This document shows positions 38,249 to 50,775 of a DNA stretch of 64,000 nt, in pieces. The stretch comes from Callorhinchus milii (lineage: Eukaryota), in contig NW_024704743.1 in the NCBI RefSeq assembly GCF_018977255.1, positions 96,598,001-96,662,000 of the forward strand. Direction: 5' to 3'. The notes under the pieces are model-generated. The model was not told the DNA's origin, did not search any database, and saw nothing but the letters and a program-made list of their open reading frames with translations. Position 1 is the stretch's first letter; the number at the start of each line of letters is the position of its first letter. A program made the position numbers and the translations under genes.

Positions 38249-39946
38249 CACTACACTACAGTATAATACAGTACAGACATCTACACTCACACTACAGTAC
38301 AATACAGGACAGGAATCTACACTCACACTACAGTACAATACAGTACAGACATCTACACTCACACTACAGTATAATACAGTACAGACATCTACACTCACAC
38401 TACAGCACAATACAGTACAGACATCTACACTCACACTACAGTACAATACAGTACAGACATCTACACTCACACTACAGTATAATACAGTACAGACATCTAC
38501 ACTCACACTACAGCACAATACAGTACAGACATCTACACTCACACTACAGCACAATACAGTACAGACATCTACACTCACACTACAGTACAATACAGGACAG
38601 GAATCTACACTCACACTACAGTACAATACAGGACAGACATCTACACTCACACTACAGCACAATACAGTACAGACATCTACACTCACACTACAGTACAATA
38701 CAGGACAGGAATCTACACTCACACTACAGTACAATACAGTACAGACATCTACACTCACACTACAGTACAATACAGTACAGACATCTACACTCACACTACA
38801 GTATAATACAGTACAGGAATCTACACTCACACTACAGTACAATACAGGACAGGAATCTACACTCACACTACAGTACAATACAGGACAGGAATCTACACTC
38901 ACACTACAGTATAATACAGGACAGACATCTACACTCACACTACAGTACAATACAGTACAGACATCTACACTCACACTACAGTACAATACAGGACAGACAT
39001 CTACACTCACACTACAGTATAATACAGGACAGACATCTACACTCACACTACAGCACAATACAGTACAGACATCTACACTCACACTACAGCACAATACAGT
39101 ACAGACATCTACACTCACACTACAGTACAATACAGGACAGGAATCTACACTCACACTACAGTACAATACAGGACAGACATCTACCCTCACACTACAATAT
39201 AATACAGTACAGACATCTACACTCACACTACAGTACAATACAGGACAGACATCTACACTCACACTACAGTACAATACAGGACAGACATCTACACTCACAC
39301 TACAGTACAATACAGGACAGGAATCTACACTCACACTACAGTACAATACAGGACAGACATCTACACTCACACTACAATATAATACAGTACAGACATCTAC
39401 ACTCACACTACAGTACAATACAGGACAGACATCTACACTCACACTACAGCACAATACAGTACAGACATCTACACTCACACTACAGCACAATACAGTACAG
39501 ACATCTACACTCACACTACAGTACAATACAGGACAGGAATCTACACTCACACTACAGTACAATACAGTACAGACATCTACACTCACACTACAGTACAATA
39601 CAGTACAGACATCTACACTCACACTACAGTATAATACAGGACAGACATCTACACTCACACTACAGTACAATACAGTACAGACATCTACACTCACACCACA
39701 GTACAATACAGGACATACATCTACACTCACACTACAGTACAATACAGGACATACATCTACACTCACACTACAGCACAATACAGGACAGGAATCTACACTC
39801 ACTCTACAGTACAATACAGGACAGGAATCTACACTCACACTACAGCACAATACAGGACAGGAATCTACACTCACACTACAGTGTAATACAGGACAGGAAT
39901 CTACACTTACACTACAGTACAATACAGGACAGACATCTACACTCAC
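38249..39946 (+). repeat. 36-bp minisatellite, about 47 copies (ACTACAGYAYAATACAGKACAGRMATCTACACTCAC)
   Basis: Exact 36-nt period, seen as a 12-aa repeat in the ORF track. Variation is mostly at a few fixed sites. Confidence 0.97.
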
Positions 39947-40076
39947 AAGCAATACAGCACAGTAGAGACACTCACAGTATAGCAGAGTACAGGCACTCAC
40001 ACTCACAATGCAGCTCAGAAGAGGAATCTACACTAACAGTACAGGCACTACCTTACAGTATAGAATTGCACAGTGC

Positions 40077-40375
40077 TGTAGCTCAGTGGTTAGAGCAATC
40101 GCCTCGCAAGCGAGAGATCTGGGTTTGATTCATGGCAGAGTGAGACCTTGGGCAAATTTCTTTACTCCAAATGCCTGATAATAATCACTCAAGACAAAAA
40201 AAATTAATAAATTGGTCACTTCAATCCGCAACTGCACAATTAATTGGCTGCTGCATTTCGTCCACAAATACACAGTCAATTCACTTTCCAGTATATCTGG
40301 TGAAGTGCTTTGAGACGTCTAGAAGACGTGAATAGCACTGTATCAAATGCAAGGATTATTGTTTATTATTATTAT
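40077..40375 (+). mobile_element. SINE family A copy
   Basis: Head TGTAGCTCAGTGGTTAGAGC, shared body and tail. Confidence 0.87.
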
Positions 40376-41479
40376 ATAGTACAGGCACTCACACAGTACA
40401 GGCTCTTGTAAGCACAGCCAACCCCCGCTAGCCCCCCCACCCCCACACACAAACACACATTTACCTACAGGAATACATAATTTTGTTCTGTTGCTAAGTT
40501 GAATTCCTAAATGTTTTATTCTTACCACAACTTCCTCTGATGGCATTATCATCTGTCAGTGAACAATTACTTGCCATGTAATTGATATTGTCACCTAGTT
40601 AGAGGTGACTAAATATGCTCATCAGTTCAACTCTGCCAATTACCCTTCAATTCACAGTTCTAGCGCTCAGTTACAAATAATTTGTACGGTTACAACATAC
40701 TCTTTCCAAGAACCACAATCCAGATCTACCATCCTCACTGGAGTAATTTAAATTAAAATATTTATTTTACTTTTATTGGTGTAACAGTTCAGACTCAAAT
40801 TTCAATCCCACAGAGCTTTGAAATGTTTTTCTTGAACGTTTTGTGGATAATATACATGGGGGTGGATCTAACTAAGAGTAATTCATTTAAGTGGTCATCC
40901 CTACACAGGGGTTTCTCGTTTGCTGTGGCAAATTGGCTCCATTTGCTTTCTGTTAATTGTCTGGGATTGAAGCTACCGATAGGAAAAATTAGACAGGATA
41001 GGGAAATGGATAGAGCGAGCGAGAAGCCAAGACAGGAATGCAACTGTTGCATAAAGAAAAACTGTCGAGGGAGCAGGTTTTGCTGTAATTTTTAAATTGA
41101 AAACATTTTGCATTGAAGAAATAATCCTTCTTTGCAAACAGAAATTAACTTGCACTGGACAAGACATAATTTGTATTCCTTTGTGCTCGGGTAGAAATGT
41201 GTTTGCTTTGTATTGGACAGTAGATTGTATTTTAAGGATCCCCAAGGGTTCATTTGGTAATCTTCTGTGAAAATGAGGCACAGATACTAGGGTGGTCCTG
41301 GTTCAAACCTCGCTGGGTGATCTCAGCTGGAGCATTCCAATGAGCTAAGGAGGGCAACAACTCAGCCAAGGTACCCAATTCTGAAGGCTACAATTGTGGT
41401 CAGAGTGACGTATAGGAGCATTGACAGTGTCATCCTCTCATGGGATTTCACTTTATAATCAGTATCATCAGAGTCACTA

Positions 41480-41750
41480 TAATAATAAATAATTATTATA
41501 ATAATCCTTGCATTTGATATAGTGCTTCTTGAGATGTCTCAAAGTGCTTCAAAGAATACACTGTAAAGTGAATTGATGGTATATTTTGTGTGCGAAACAC
41601 GGCTTGTGTCCCACAAACAGTCATGGATTGAGTTACCAATTTATTATTATTATTTTTTTTTGAATTCACTATTACCCTCAGAAAAGCAATCTACCAATCA
41701 ACTAACAACCTGGTTCCTACTTACTGCTAGGTAAACAGAGGTAAACAGAG
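41480..41750 (-). mobile_element. 5'-truncated SINE family A copy
   Basis: Reverse-complement tail and body. Confidence 0.8.
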
Positions 41751-42899
41751 GTATACCTAATAACGATTGGAATGTAAGCTCTCAGATATTTACTCAGTAA
41801 CCCCCCTCTCTCTGCCCACTCCCCACTAGCAGATCCATAGGGCACCTAGTTCCAAAACGCTTGCCAATCCCATTGATTCAACAGAGGTTTTCAGAGTTGG
41901 AGACTGACACTATTGTCAGCATAGAGCTTCTCCAGTGACTGTCAGGCCTGAAACAACAATCCACCATAAGGCTGCAAGGTGAGAATAAAGAAATATAATA
42001 GTTCTACAAGATAGGTCATTAGACATGCCACAATGAGTGGTCTAACGAAAATGGAAAGGTACATAACCATGAAAGTATTCCCTCTGCACTAATGTTCCCT
42101 ATTAATATTTATTTGGCATACAGAATGGTGCTTTGCTCTGCTGAATGAAATATCAGATTCTGAAAGACGCTGAGACACATACATAAATGTGTCATATAAA
42201 TAATAATTAATCTCTATGTTTTCAGAACTTTTTACATTTACAGTGAACCCTAGTCCCATCTTTGAAATTAACTTATATTCCTTGCTGTAGTCAGTTACAG
42301 GGCTAGGCATTATTACAGGGCAGAAAAGCATAACAGCAAAATAACCGCAAAATTCAGTGGGGAGTGTGGGGGGGTGGGGGTGAAGGCTCACTTTACTGCT
42401 TTGGCTTGTCCTATGCTATATTCCTCCCTATACTTTGTTTTGGCAAACAAATGTTCACGATTGCTAATGCCAAGGAATACACAGGGCACCGGTTATTAAT
42501 AGAATGGCACAAGATATTTTCTTAGCACTAACCCTTGGCAGAAATACAGTAAAGTTTCACCGTCTTAATACAGTTAACCAGATTGATTCCTGAGAATAGC
42601 TGAGACATAGTGCCATGTGTGCATCAACTCCTGCCAAAGACGGAAAGATTTAGTGCAAATTAATTGTTATATTGCCTTTATTCAATACAGTAATGACACC
42701 ATAAAGCAATATTGGGAACAAATTGAATGTCTGTACAAACAGGGAGTGCTTTTATTGCCTGTGGTAATGTAATTTTCCATCTACTTAGTGACAGCAGTAA
42801 GCATAGTCTCCTGTTTTTTCCTCCCATCATGGTGTGTTAGTTAGGAACCTTCTACCTGGGTCAGAGAAGGGCCAAGCTAGAGGTGCTACCAGCTCATGA

Positions 42900-43245
42900 A
42901 TAACAACAACATGCATTTATGTAGCACTTTTTATGTAGGATAATATCTTGGAGAATTGTTCAGTGGTGGGATTAGACAACAAAGGGGAAAAGGGAAAGGG
43001 GGAGATGAGCATAGGCGTGGTCAAAAATGTAGGTTTTCAGATGGAATTTGAAGAAAGATATAGAGGGAGCAAGGGGGAGGGATAGATGCAGGGAATTCCA
43101 AAGATTACTGATGTAGTAGTTGAAGGCACTGCCACTGATGGTGGGACGGAAGGATTGGGTACGCAGAGTTTTGGTGCGGGTGAGGATACAATGGTAGTTT
43201 TGAATTAGCTGGACCTTGTGGATGGTGGAACTCGGAAAACCAATG
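42900..43245 (-). mobile_element. Old L2 3' fragment
   Basis: HKVQLIQN...LTRTK, followed by a diverged tail. Confidence 0.7.
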
Positions 43246-43267
43246 AAAAGTGTATTTAATAATGACA

Positions 43268-43625
43268 TTAATAATCTTTGTATTTGATATAGCGCCTTAT
43301 TACATCGTTGAGCGCTTAACATAATATATTGTAAAGTGGATTGACTGCATATTTTGTGTGCGAAACGTGGTATCCAATTGCTTACAGCAAAAAAAATAAT
43401 AAATTGGTCACTTCAATCCATGACTGTTTGTGGGACACTGCTGTGCACAATTGGCTGCCGTGTTTCACCTACAAGATATACAGTCAATTCAGTTAACAGT
43501 ATATTCTGTGAAGTGCTTCGAGACATCTCAAAGACGTGATAAGGCGCTATATCAAATGCAAGGGTTATTATTATATTATAGCAGTGTCCCATAAACAGTC
43601 AAGGATTAAGCAACCAAATTTCTTT
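43268..43625. mobile_element. Minus-strand SINE fragment with a plus-strand family A fragment (about 43390-43577) nested inside
   Basis: Two SINE tails in opposite orientation. The outer copy resumes at about 43580. Confidence 0.75.
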
Positions 43626-44499
43626 TTTTATTATTTGAGATATCAAGGCAAGAGGTGACAAAAGCATGAATGTGGGTTTTGGTGGGCTTTTGTGTAAGAA
43701 ACCATGGATCAAGAAAAAGACCTTTTGGTGCATCAAGATTAAGAAAGATCTATCTCTCTGTTACAGTCCATTGTATCCATTCAATTTCCTGCAGAGTTTA
43801 TTTGCCCCATTTTGGCAATGATTCAGTGCCAAATGTGCTGCATAATGATATTTGAGGTAGCACAGAAGAAGTGGTTTCAGGAGCAGTATGATTCAAACCA
43901 TTGTAGTGTAAACATAGTGGGTGGTGGATAAGCGTTCTGAGACGCTACTTCGTTCAGTGCCTTGGGACATCCTCCCAACGTGAAAAGCACTACACAAATA
44001 TAATTTTGTTGTTGATGTTGTTGTATGAAGAGTGCACATTTTTGCTGTGGTTGTTGGATGCCAATCAAACCAGGCTTGCTCTTGCTTATGTCCCCTTCAA
44101 AGCTTTTGGCCATCCATTGATCACATAACTAGCTCTTCAATAACATCAAAATTAAAATCTGCATGCGTGCATACAATGTCGAAACATGATTTGGGAGGAG
44201 TTTCCAGCCTTTATTTGAACTGAAGTATAGAACGGGTTTCCTGCTCCACATTACATGTACCACACTGTCTTCCCATAGAATAAATTCCTCGCCTACCCTC
44301 AGGAATCAATCTGCTTATCTGTAGAAAGACAATATGAAACTGTATTCTCAATAAGGATGATGCTTTCCCATGGCTGCAATCAGATCTATATATGATTTGT
44401 GGGCCTTTCTTTATCCCAATGACCTTAGGAAATATGTAATACAACAAAAATTGTGTTTGCTTTACGATACATTGAATAATTCACAAAAATAATTATGCT

Positions 44500-44898
44500 T
44501 CACATGAGCCTCCTCCAACCATTCCTCAACTAAGCCTATCAGCAAAACCTCCTATACCTTTCTCCCTCATGTACTTATCTAGCTTCCCCTTAAATGCATC
44601 TAAGATTGCTTTGCAAGCGAGAGACCTGAGTTCACTTCCAGGCAGAGGGCGAAACCTTGGGCAAGTTTCCTTACTCCACACAGAGCCTAATAATAATCCC
44701 TCCAAAACCAAAAACAATAATAAATTGGTCATTTTCAATCAACGACTGTTTGTGGGACATTGCTGTGCGCAATTGGCTGCCGCGTTTGCCCATGAATATA
44801 CAGTCAATTCACTTTACAGTGTGTTCTGTGAAGCGCTTTGGGACGTCCTCCCGACGTGAAAAGCGCTATATCAAATGCAAGGATTATTATTATTATTA

Positions 44899-44953
<55 letters not shown>

Positions 44954-45795
44954 CTACGCTATTCGCCCGCTATTGTGATAGCAAGTTCCACATTCCCACC
45001 ACTCCCTGGGTAAAGAAGTTTCTTTTGACTTCCCTATTTAATTTATTGGTGACTATTTCATATTTATGGCCCCTGGTTTTGGTCCCTTCCACAAGTGGAA
45101 ACATCTTCTCTATGTCTACCTTATCAAAACCTTTCATAATTTAAAGACCTCTATTAGGTCACCCCTCACCTCTCTGTTTCCAAGAGAAAAGAGATCAAGC
45201 TTGTTCAGCCTTTCCTGACAAGTATAACCTCGCAGTTCCAGTATCATCCTTGTAAATTTGCTTTGCACCTTCTCCAATGCTACTATATCTTTTCTATGAT
45301 ATGGGGTCCAGAACTGTACACAGTTCTCCAAGTATGGTTTAACCAAGGTTCAATGTATGTTTAGCATAACTTTCCTGCTTTTCATTTCTATCCCTCTAGA
45401 AATGAACCCCAATGCTTGTTTTTTTTTATGGCCTTATGTCATAAACTGTGTCGCTAATTTTAGCAATTTGTGTATTTGTACCCCTAGATTCCTTTGCTCC
45501 TCTACCCCATTTAGATTCTTATTTTCCAGACAGTATGTGACCTCCTTATTCCTCCTACCAAACTGTACTCACTTATATATAATGAAATTCATTTGCCAAT
45601 GAAATGGCCATTTAGCAAGTTTATTGGTGTTTTGTAATTTGTTGCGATCCTCCTCAGTATTAACTACACCCCCCAATTTGGAGTCGTTCGCAAATTTTGA
45701 AATTGTACTTTTGATCACAGAGTGCAAATCGTTAATGTAAATTGTGAACAACAGTGGTCCCAATACCGATCCTTGTGGAACACCACTTCCCACCC
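44500..45795 (-). mobile_element. CR1 LINE 3' fragment split by a SINE
   Basis: [37 protein letters not shown] and RGDLIEVFK. Confidence 0.9.
44603..44951 (+). mobile_element. Young SINE family A copy with expanded (TTA)n tail, inserted in a CR1
   Basis: Near identical to the 19376 copy and flanked by a duplicated ATCTA. The TTA run of about 70 nt starts at 44883. Confidence 0.9.
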
Positions 45796-45984
45796 TCTGA
45801 ATGGAAACGCATCTTTTATTTCTTCTTCATATCTCATTTCACGGAGCGTAACATATGTCTCCATTTTTAAAAAGCTAAAACCCTTTCCAAAAAAAGACTT
45901 TTATCCTCAGGATTAAATAAGAATTGGCAGTGGAAGAGTTAACCACTGTAACTCAAGGCTGTTGAGGTGCTAACCACTTGTATG

Positions 45985-46530
45985 TGTCAGCCTGGCTCAG
46001 TTGGTAGCACTCTCACCTCTAAGCCACAAGGTGTACGTTAGAGCCTCACATCGGGAGTTGGAACTCAAGTCGTCTAATAAGCTGGTGGGAAACTTTTATG
46101 GTTAGACAACAAACTACATTTTCTTCATTAAATATTTCTTGATGTATGCCATAAATCAAGAAATATTCAATCAAGGAAAAAAACTGAAAACACACCACTG
46201 ATCAGACACTGACCTATCTAGACTCATGCGAATGTTCGGGGCATCCTTCTTGACGGCAGAGCAGGCCACTTCCAGGTTTGTCTGACTGTTCAGGTGGACA
46301 TTACAAGATCCCAGGCACTATTTGAAAAGATAAGGGAATCCTGGCCAACAATTCCTCAAATAAGAGTGCTCATTCATTTCATGGCTGTTTGAGGGACATT
46401 GCTGTGCTCAAATTAGCTGCTATGTTCATTGACAAACACACAGGCATTATATTTTACAATATATCCTGTACAGTGCTTTGGGACATCATGAAAGGCGCTA
46501 GACCAAATGTAAGGATTATTATTATTATTA
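45985..46530 (+). mobile_element. SINE family B copy interrupted by a hAT-like element
   Basis: Head GTCAGCCTGGCTCAGTTGGTAGC. The core resumes at about 46280 (TGTTCAGGTGGACATT). (TTA)n tail. Confidence 0.75.
46080..46272. mobile_element. Diverged second copy of the hAT-type element, in opposite orientation
   Basis: Shares ATAAATCAAGAAATATTCAATCAA and CTAGACT..TGCGAATGTTCG with the reverse complement of 48222-48433. Interrupts a SINE. Confidence 0.7.
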
Positions 46531-46532
46531 TT

Positions 46533-46712
46533 AACACAATGTTGAGGTGCTACCCTGTCCAACACAGGATACTGAGGTGCTAACTTCTCCAACATAAGGA
46601 TGTTGAATTGCTAATCTTTCTAAAACAAGGATGTTGAAGTGGTTACTTTAAACCCAAGAATGTTAAGATGCTAATTGCTAACGACTCCTGCACAGAAATG
46701 TTGAGGTGCTCT
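46533..46712 (+). repeat. Degenerate tandem repeat of about 30 bp (core AAGGATGTTGAGGTGCTAA)
   Basis: About six decayed units, plus one more at about 45950 on the other side of the SINE. Confidence 0.65.
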
Positions 46713-47659
46713 GATACAAATGATCTGTACATTTTTCACATAAGAGAGAAACAATGTCCTCTAGGTGTACCTTTTCTGAGCCTTTGTCCTTGTTTCTACT
46801 TGAAATGCTGACCTGATCAAGGCAATTGCACCTAACTTTCCTTGGAGTATAATCCAGCACAGAGGGACATTTACCACACTCATAAAAGACCTGACTATGT
46901 GTGGACCTGAGGAATTGAGTCTCGAATCAGACAAAAAAATACTTTTTTATCCAAAATGCTCAAACTAACTACCACCATTCACCAGCTTTCTAAAATAAAA
47001 TATAAGTAGATTTTTTGTGTGATTTTAATTGCAAACTATACTTGGAAAATACCTGTACTCTGCAACGGTTGGATTCCAATGTTATTTTTTAAAAAAAAAG
47101 TGAAATCACTACTTACTTCAAAGACATAAATCAGATATGTTCCATGTTCTTTCAATTATATTTCACTCTGTTTGCTCACTCTGACTAGTCATGCTGATGT
47201 CCTCAATTTTCAACTCCTTTGCGGGTGCCCATTGGGATGTGCTGTCTGAGGTGACTCAGCAGGGTTGGAGACCAGCAATATAAAACAGTACGTTTATTAA
47301 AGTTACTGACAACCCTGCTGTTAGATATTTTTTTCCATAATCAATCTAATGGAAAAAGTTGCATACCATAATAAAGGTATCATTTTACACTGTTACCTCA
47401 GAGCATGCTGACCTGCCTCAGACACCGTTAGGGCTCACAGATGTCAAGAAAAGTTTTAAAATACCGCACATTTTAAACATTAGTAATGGACAAGTAACAA
47501 TCCATAGAGGATAGATCCAAGGACCACGGGTTCATGCAAAATAAACTACCAAATTTCACTGACCACATAACTAACAATGCTGCAAGCAACTATTTAATTT
47601 GTTCATAGTATTTTCCTCTGATATGTGCTTTGTACAAATATTTAATGAAACTCATAGTC

Positions 47660-47960
47660 TATGCTGACACTGTAATGCAATACAAGGGGAGCACTGGTTT
47701 ATCAGAGGAACTGAGCTTCAAATGAGCCATTACACCATCCGCCTGTTCAGGTGGATATTAAAGTTCCCATCACAATTATCTGAAAAGGGAAGAGTGTTTC
47801 TCCCAGTGCCTGGACCAACAATCCTGCAGATGAATTGGTCATTCATTTAATTGCTGTTATGCATCTGCTTGCTGTATTTGCTTACAAAATGAATGAATGA
47901 GCTGATAGTAATTATTTGAGAAGCACTTGAAGATCTTTCAGTGTTATAAAGCTCCATAAG
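47660..47960 (+). mobile_element. SINE family B fragment
   Basis: Deu core GCCTGTTCAGGTGGATATTAAAGTTCCCAT. Confidence 0.65.
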
Positions 47961-48221
47961 ATTACTAACCTGTTTCTAAAATAATGTAACTTCTTTCTTT
48001 CTTGCTTGCTTGATCTAATCTTCCTAAAATACCAACTCTATTGTTTTCCCATTATAGCCACAAGCTATTTCTGAAATGAGTTCAGTATTCTGAGCTGAAG
48101 CCACCCTACTTGGTAATTTGATACAACTGTTGTAAAGAAATACTTCCTGGTGTTGATCATAATAACGTGCCTTTCACAACCCTAAACATGTGCACTTTTG
48201 TGCGGCTGTCTTGGTGTACCT

Positions 48222-48433
48222 CAATGGTGGCTAGCCCATGGCCCATGGTGCTGACAAGAAATGGCCCGGCGAACATTCGCACTAGTCTAGGTAAGTCTGT
48301 TTTACATCAATGTTTTCTTTCCCGTTTTCCTTTTGATTGAATATTTCTTGATTTATATTTCTGACATAACTCAAGAAATATTCAATCAAGAACATTTATT
48401 TTAATGGCCAATCAAAAAGATTGTACACCACTG
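48222..48433. mobile_element. Non-autonomous hAT-type DNA transposon, 212 bp
   Basis: Exact 8-bp TSD GTGTACCT (48214-48221 and 48434-48441). Termini CAATGGTG...CACCACTG. Internal 19-bp inverted repeat. Confidence 0.8.
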
Positions 48434-49179
48434 GTGTACCTGAAAGTAGACGGTTGTGATGTTAGGTGATAAGGGTCCACTATTTCTTCTCCTTTAGTAA
48501 TCAGGGCTAGGTGGAAAAGAACACAGGAAAACTGACTGTAAAATGACCATGTATGTTATTAATAATGATAACAATAATAATATAATAATCCTTGCATTTG
48601 ATGATATACCTTTCACATCAGGACAACTTCTCAAAAGTGTTTCATATAGAGTTGCCAACTTTCCAGTTTCTCAAACGCAGACACTGGAGTCCATTACCAT
48701 ACTGTATATATTTAACGTGTCATTAGGACAATGAAAAAATTAACCCTATAATGATATTTATATTTCTCACACATACCTTTTCCTTATTTCTTTATTTCTT
48801 CCCTACTTCTTAAACCTTTTCCCTCCTTCTTACACTAATATTCTTTTCTTGTTGCCATCACAAACAATGCGTTGATCTTCATATCTCCCGGCACCCAGCC
48901 CAATAAAAAAAGTCCGTTACCTGTGACTGTGGGTAGTGTCTGGGCTGTTTGCGCACATGTTTCAGTCTCACGGAACGGTTTGAATTGTTATCGAGAGGCT
49001 GGTGCATGTGCACACACAGCTTCCTGTGTTCACAGGTAATTTTTTTTACTACGTCTCACTTTGAAAGTTGTGAAGTCTGCAATACTTTCGGTGTCCAGTT
49101 AAAGCTTTTGACCAAGCAATATTCAGATTTCCTTAAAACTCATCTTTCCAGTCCAAAACTGGACAGTTGGCAACCTTAG

Positions 49180-49480
49180 CTTTACAGGATTAACTGTAAA
49201 ACTGCCTATTTTGTAGGTGAGCATGGCAATGCCCCACAAATGGTCATGAAGTAAATGACCAATTTAATTCAGGGGATTCTTGGCCAGGGCACTGGGTGAA
49301 GCTCCCTTACTTGTTGAAATAATGACATGGGATCTTTAACATCCACCTGAACAGGTAGGCAGGACCTCAGTTTAACATCTCATTCAAAGGATGGCATCTT
49401 CAACAATTGAAGTACTCCCCCAGCATTATATTGGAGTGTCAACCTAGGCTGTGAGTTCCAAGTCCTGAGCCAGGCTGACA
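49180..49480 (-). mobile_element. SINE family B copy (partly deleted)
   Basis: Reverse Deu core CATGGGATCTTTAACATCCACCTGAACAGG. Confidence 0.75.
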
Positions 49481-50775
49481 TCTGGAGTATTACTTGAAGT
49501 ATATTTTGTGCCATTGCACTTGTAACTGTATTGGCAAAGGTGTAATCGCTACTGACACATTTGACAGACTTGTACATCTTTGTGGTACATTATAAAACAA
49601 AAGTTCCAGTGCTCGCTCATGAGAAGTATAATCACCACGGGTAAAATATCAGCCTGGAGACCACCTGTATTGCGTAATGCAGTTTATTTTTACTTTGCAG
49701 AGNTTTTTTTTGCTGTAATACCAGTGACACTGACAGCCCTGAGCCAAGCAATGTTGACAGCCGTGGTATTACACTAAAAAGACTGTACTAACGAGTTCAG
49801 ACTTGTCAGGTTGTCAATCAAGTCAAATAATCACAACCACATTTTCCTCTCTGGCTGACGTGATGCCTGCTCCAGGCTCCTGTGGCAGTGCTTAATGGTG
49901 TTACATGATAGACTCTAGACTCGAACCCTTGTCTCTTTTGCCCAACAGAAATTAAAGCATTTTCTTTAGAGGTAGGTTACAACAATTGGTTTGAAACAGC
50001 ATTGCTCAGGAAAGTGCCAGCGTCAAAGGTGCTGCTCGCCAGAAAAAACACCTCACAACATTTTCTGTAGGGAAACACCTGTACATTACACTGACTCGCA
50101 AGACCTAGGCTCCTATGCAATCCTGGTTTGAAGCCAAAGTACTGTATTGTGAGGTAATATGACACACATGGGATTCCCTGCAGAAAACATAATTTATATT
50201 GCTAGGTGCTTTTTCCCACAGGAGAGTCAGGAGTAACACTATCATTCTTCTGAGGAGTGCTGTTTCAACCCATTATCACAATCACTATTAGCTGAGTGGT
50301 TGGTAATGTTGGTGGTGCTACTTACATAAAATTACATAGAACTCTATAGCACGGAAATAGGCTATTTGGTCCGACTAGTCTGTGTTGGTGTTTATCCTCC
50401 ACACAAGCCTCCGCCCCTACTAATCCCCCCTTCTGTGCCCTTCTATTCCCTTCTCCTTTATTTATGCATTGATAATTATAAGAAAGCGTTTCTCAAAGGG
50501 ACTAAATGTGTCACTTTAGGACTATATAGATTATCCTTAGATGAAGGCCGCCTACTCAATACACTGCTTGCTTGTCAATTTTTTTTGGTGGTATTAATTC
50601 ATGATCAAAATATAACTGGGGACATGGTACAATGTATCATTTAAAAAATTAGAAAACATTCAGTGTTACATCAATTTACTGGATCCAGCTACACTCAATA
50701 AATAATTGGATGATGTGATATTTTCTAGCTGGCTGGCATAAACTAATTAGCATCATACTAAACCTGGACTTGAAC

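Larger units (their letters stand above)
37170..38250. promoter_or_regulatory. CpG-island-like region over cfap418 exon 1 and its probable promoter/5' UTR
   Basis: The only long GC- and CpG-dense stretch in a CpG-poor window, and it coincides with the first coding exon. The TSS cannot be located. Confidence 0.6.

Noticed and set aside
38249..38270. ZNF143/THAP11-type ACTACA promoter motif repeated in the 36-bp array
   Set aside because: Only the ACTACA hexamer is present. The TCCCA half of the motif is missing.
38249..39946. CRISPR-like array (36-bp repeat)
   Set aside because: Units are head-to-tail with no unique spacers, there are no cas genes, and the context is vertebrate.
37209..39965. 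918-aa plus-strand ORF (and 590-aa minus-strand ORF 38234-40006) as a novel repeat protein
   Set aside because: No ATG start. The frames stay open only because the repeat units lack stops in those frames and 36 is a multiple of 3. The plus-strand ORF overlaps cfap418 exon 1 in antisense.
44657..45144. Poly-Tyr and poly-Leu ORFs
   Set aside because: Translations of the (TTA)n SINE tail.
49627..49773. Possible small MITE (CACCACGG...CCGTGGT ends) containing an N at 49703
   Set aside because: The inverted match is too short, there is no TSD or second copy, and the N beside a T run is a base-call ambiguity.
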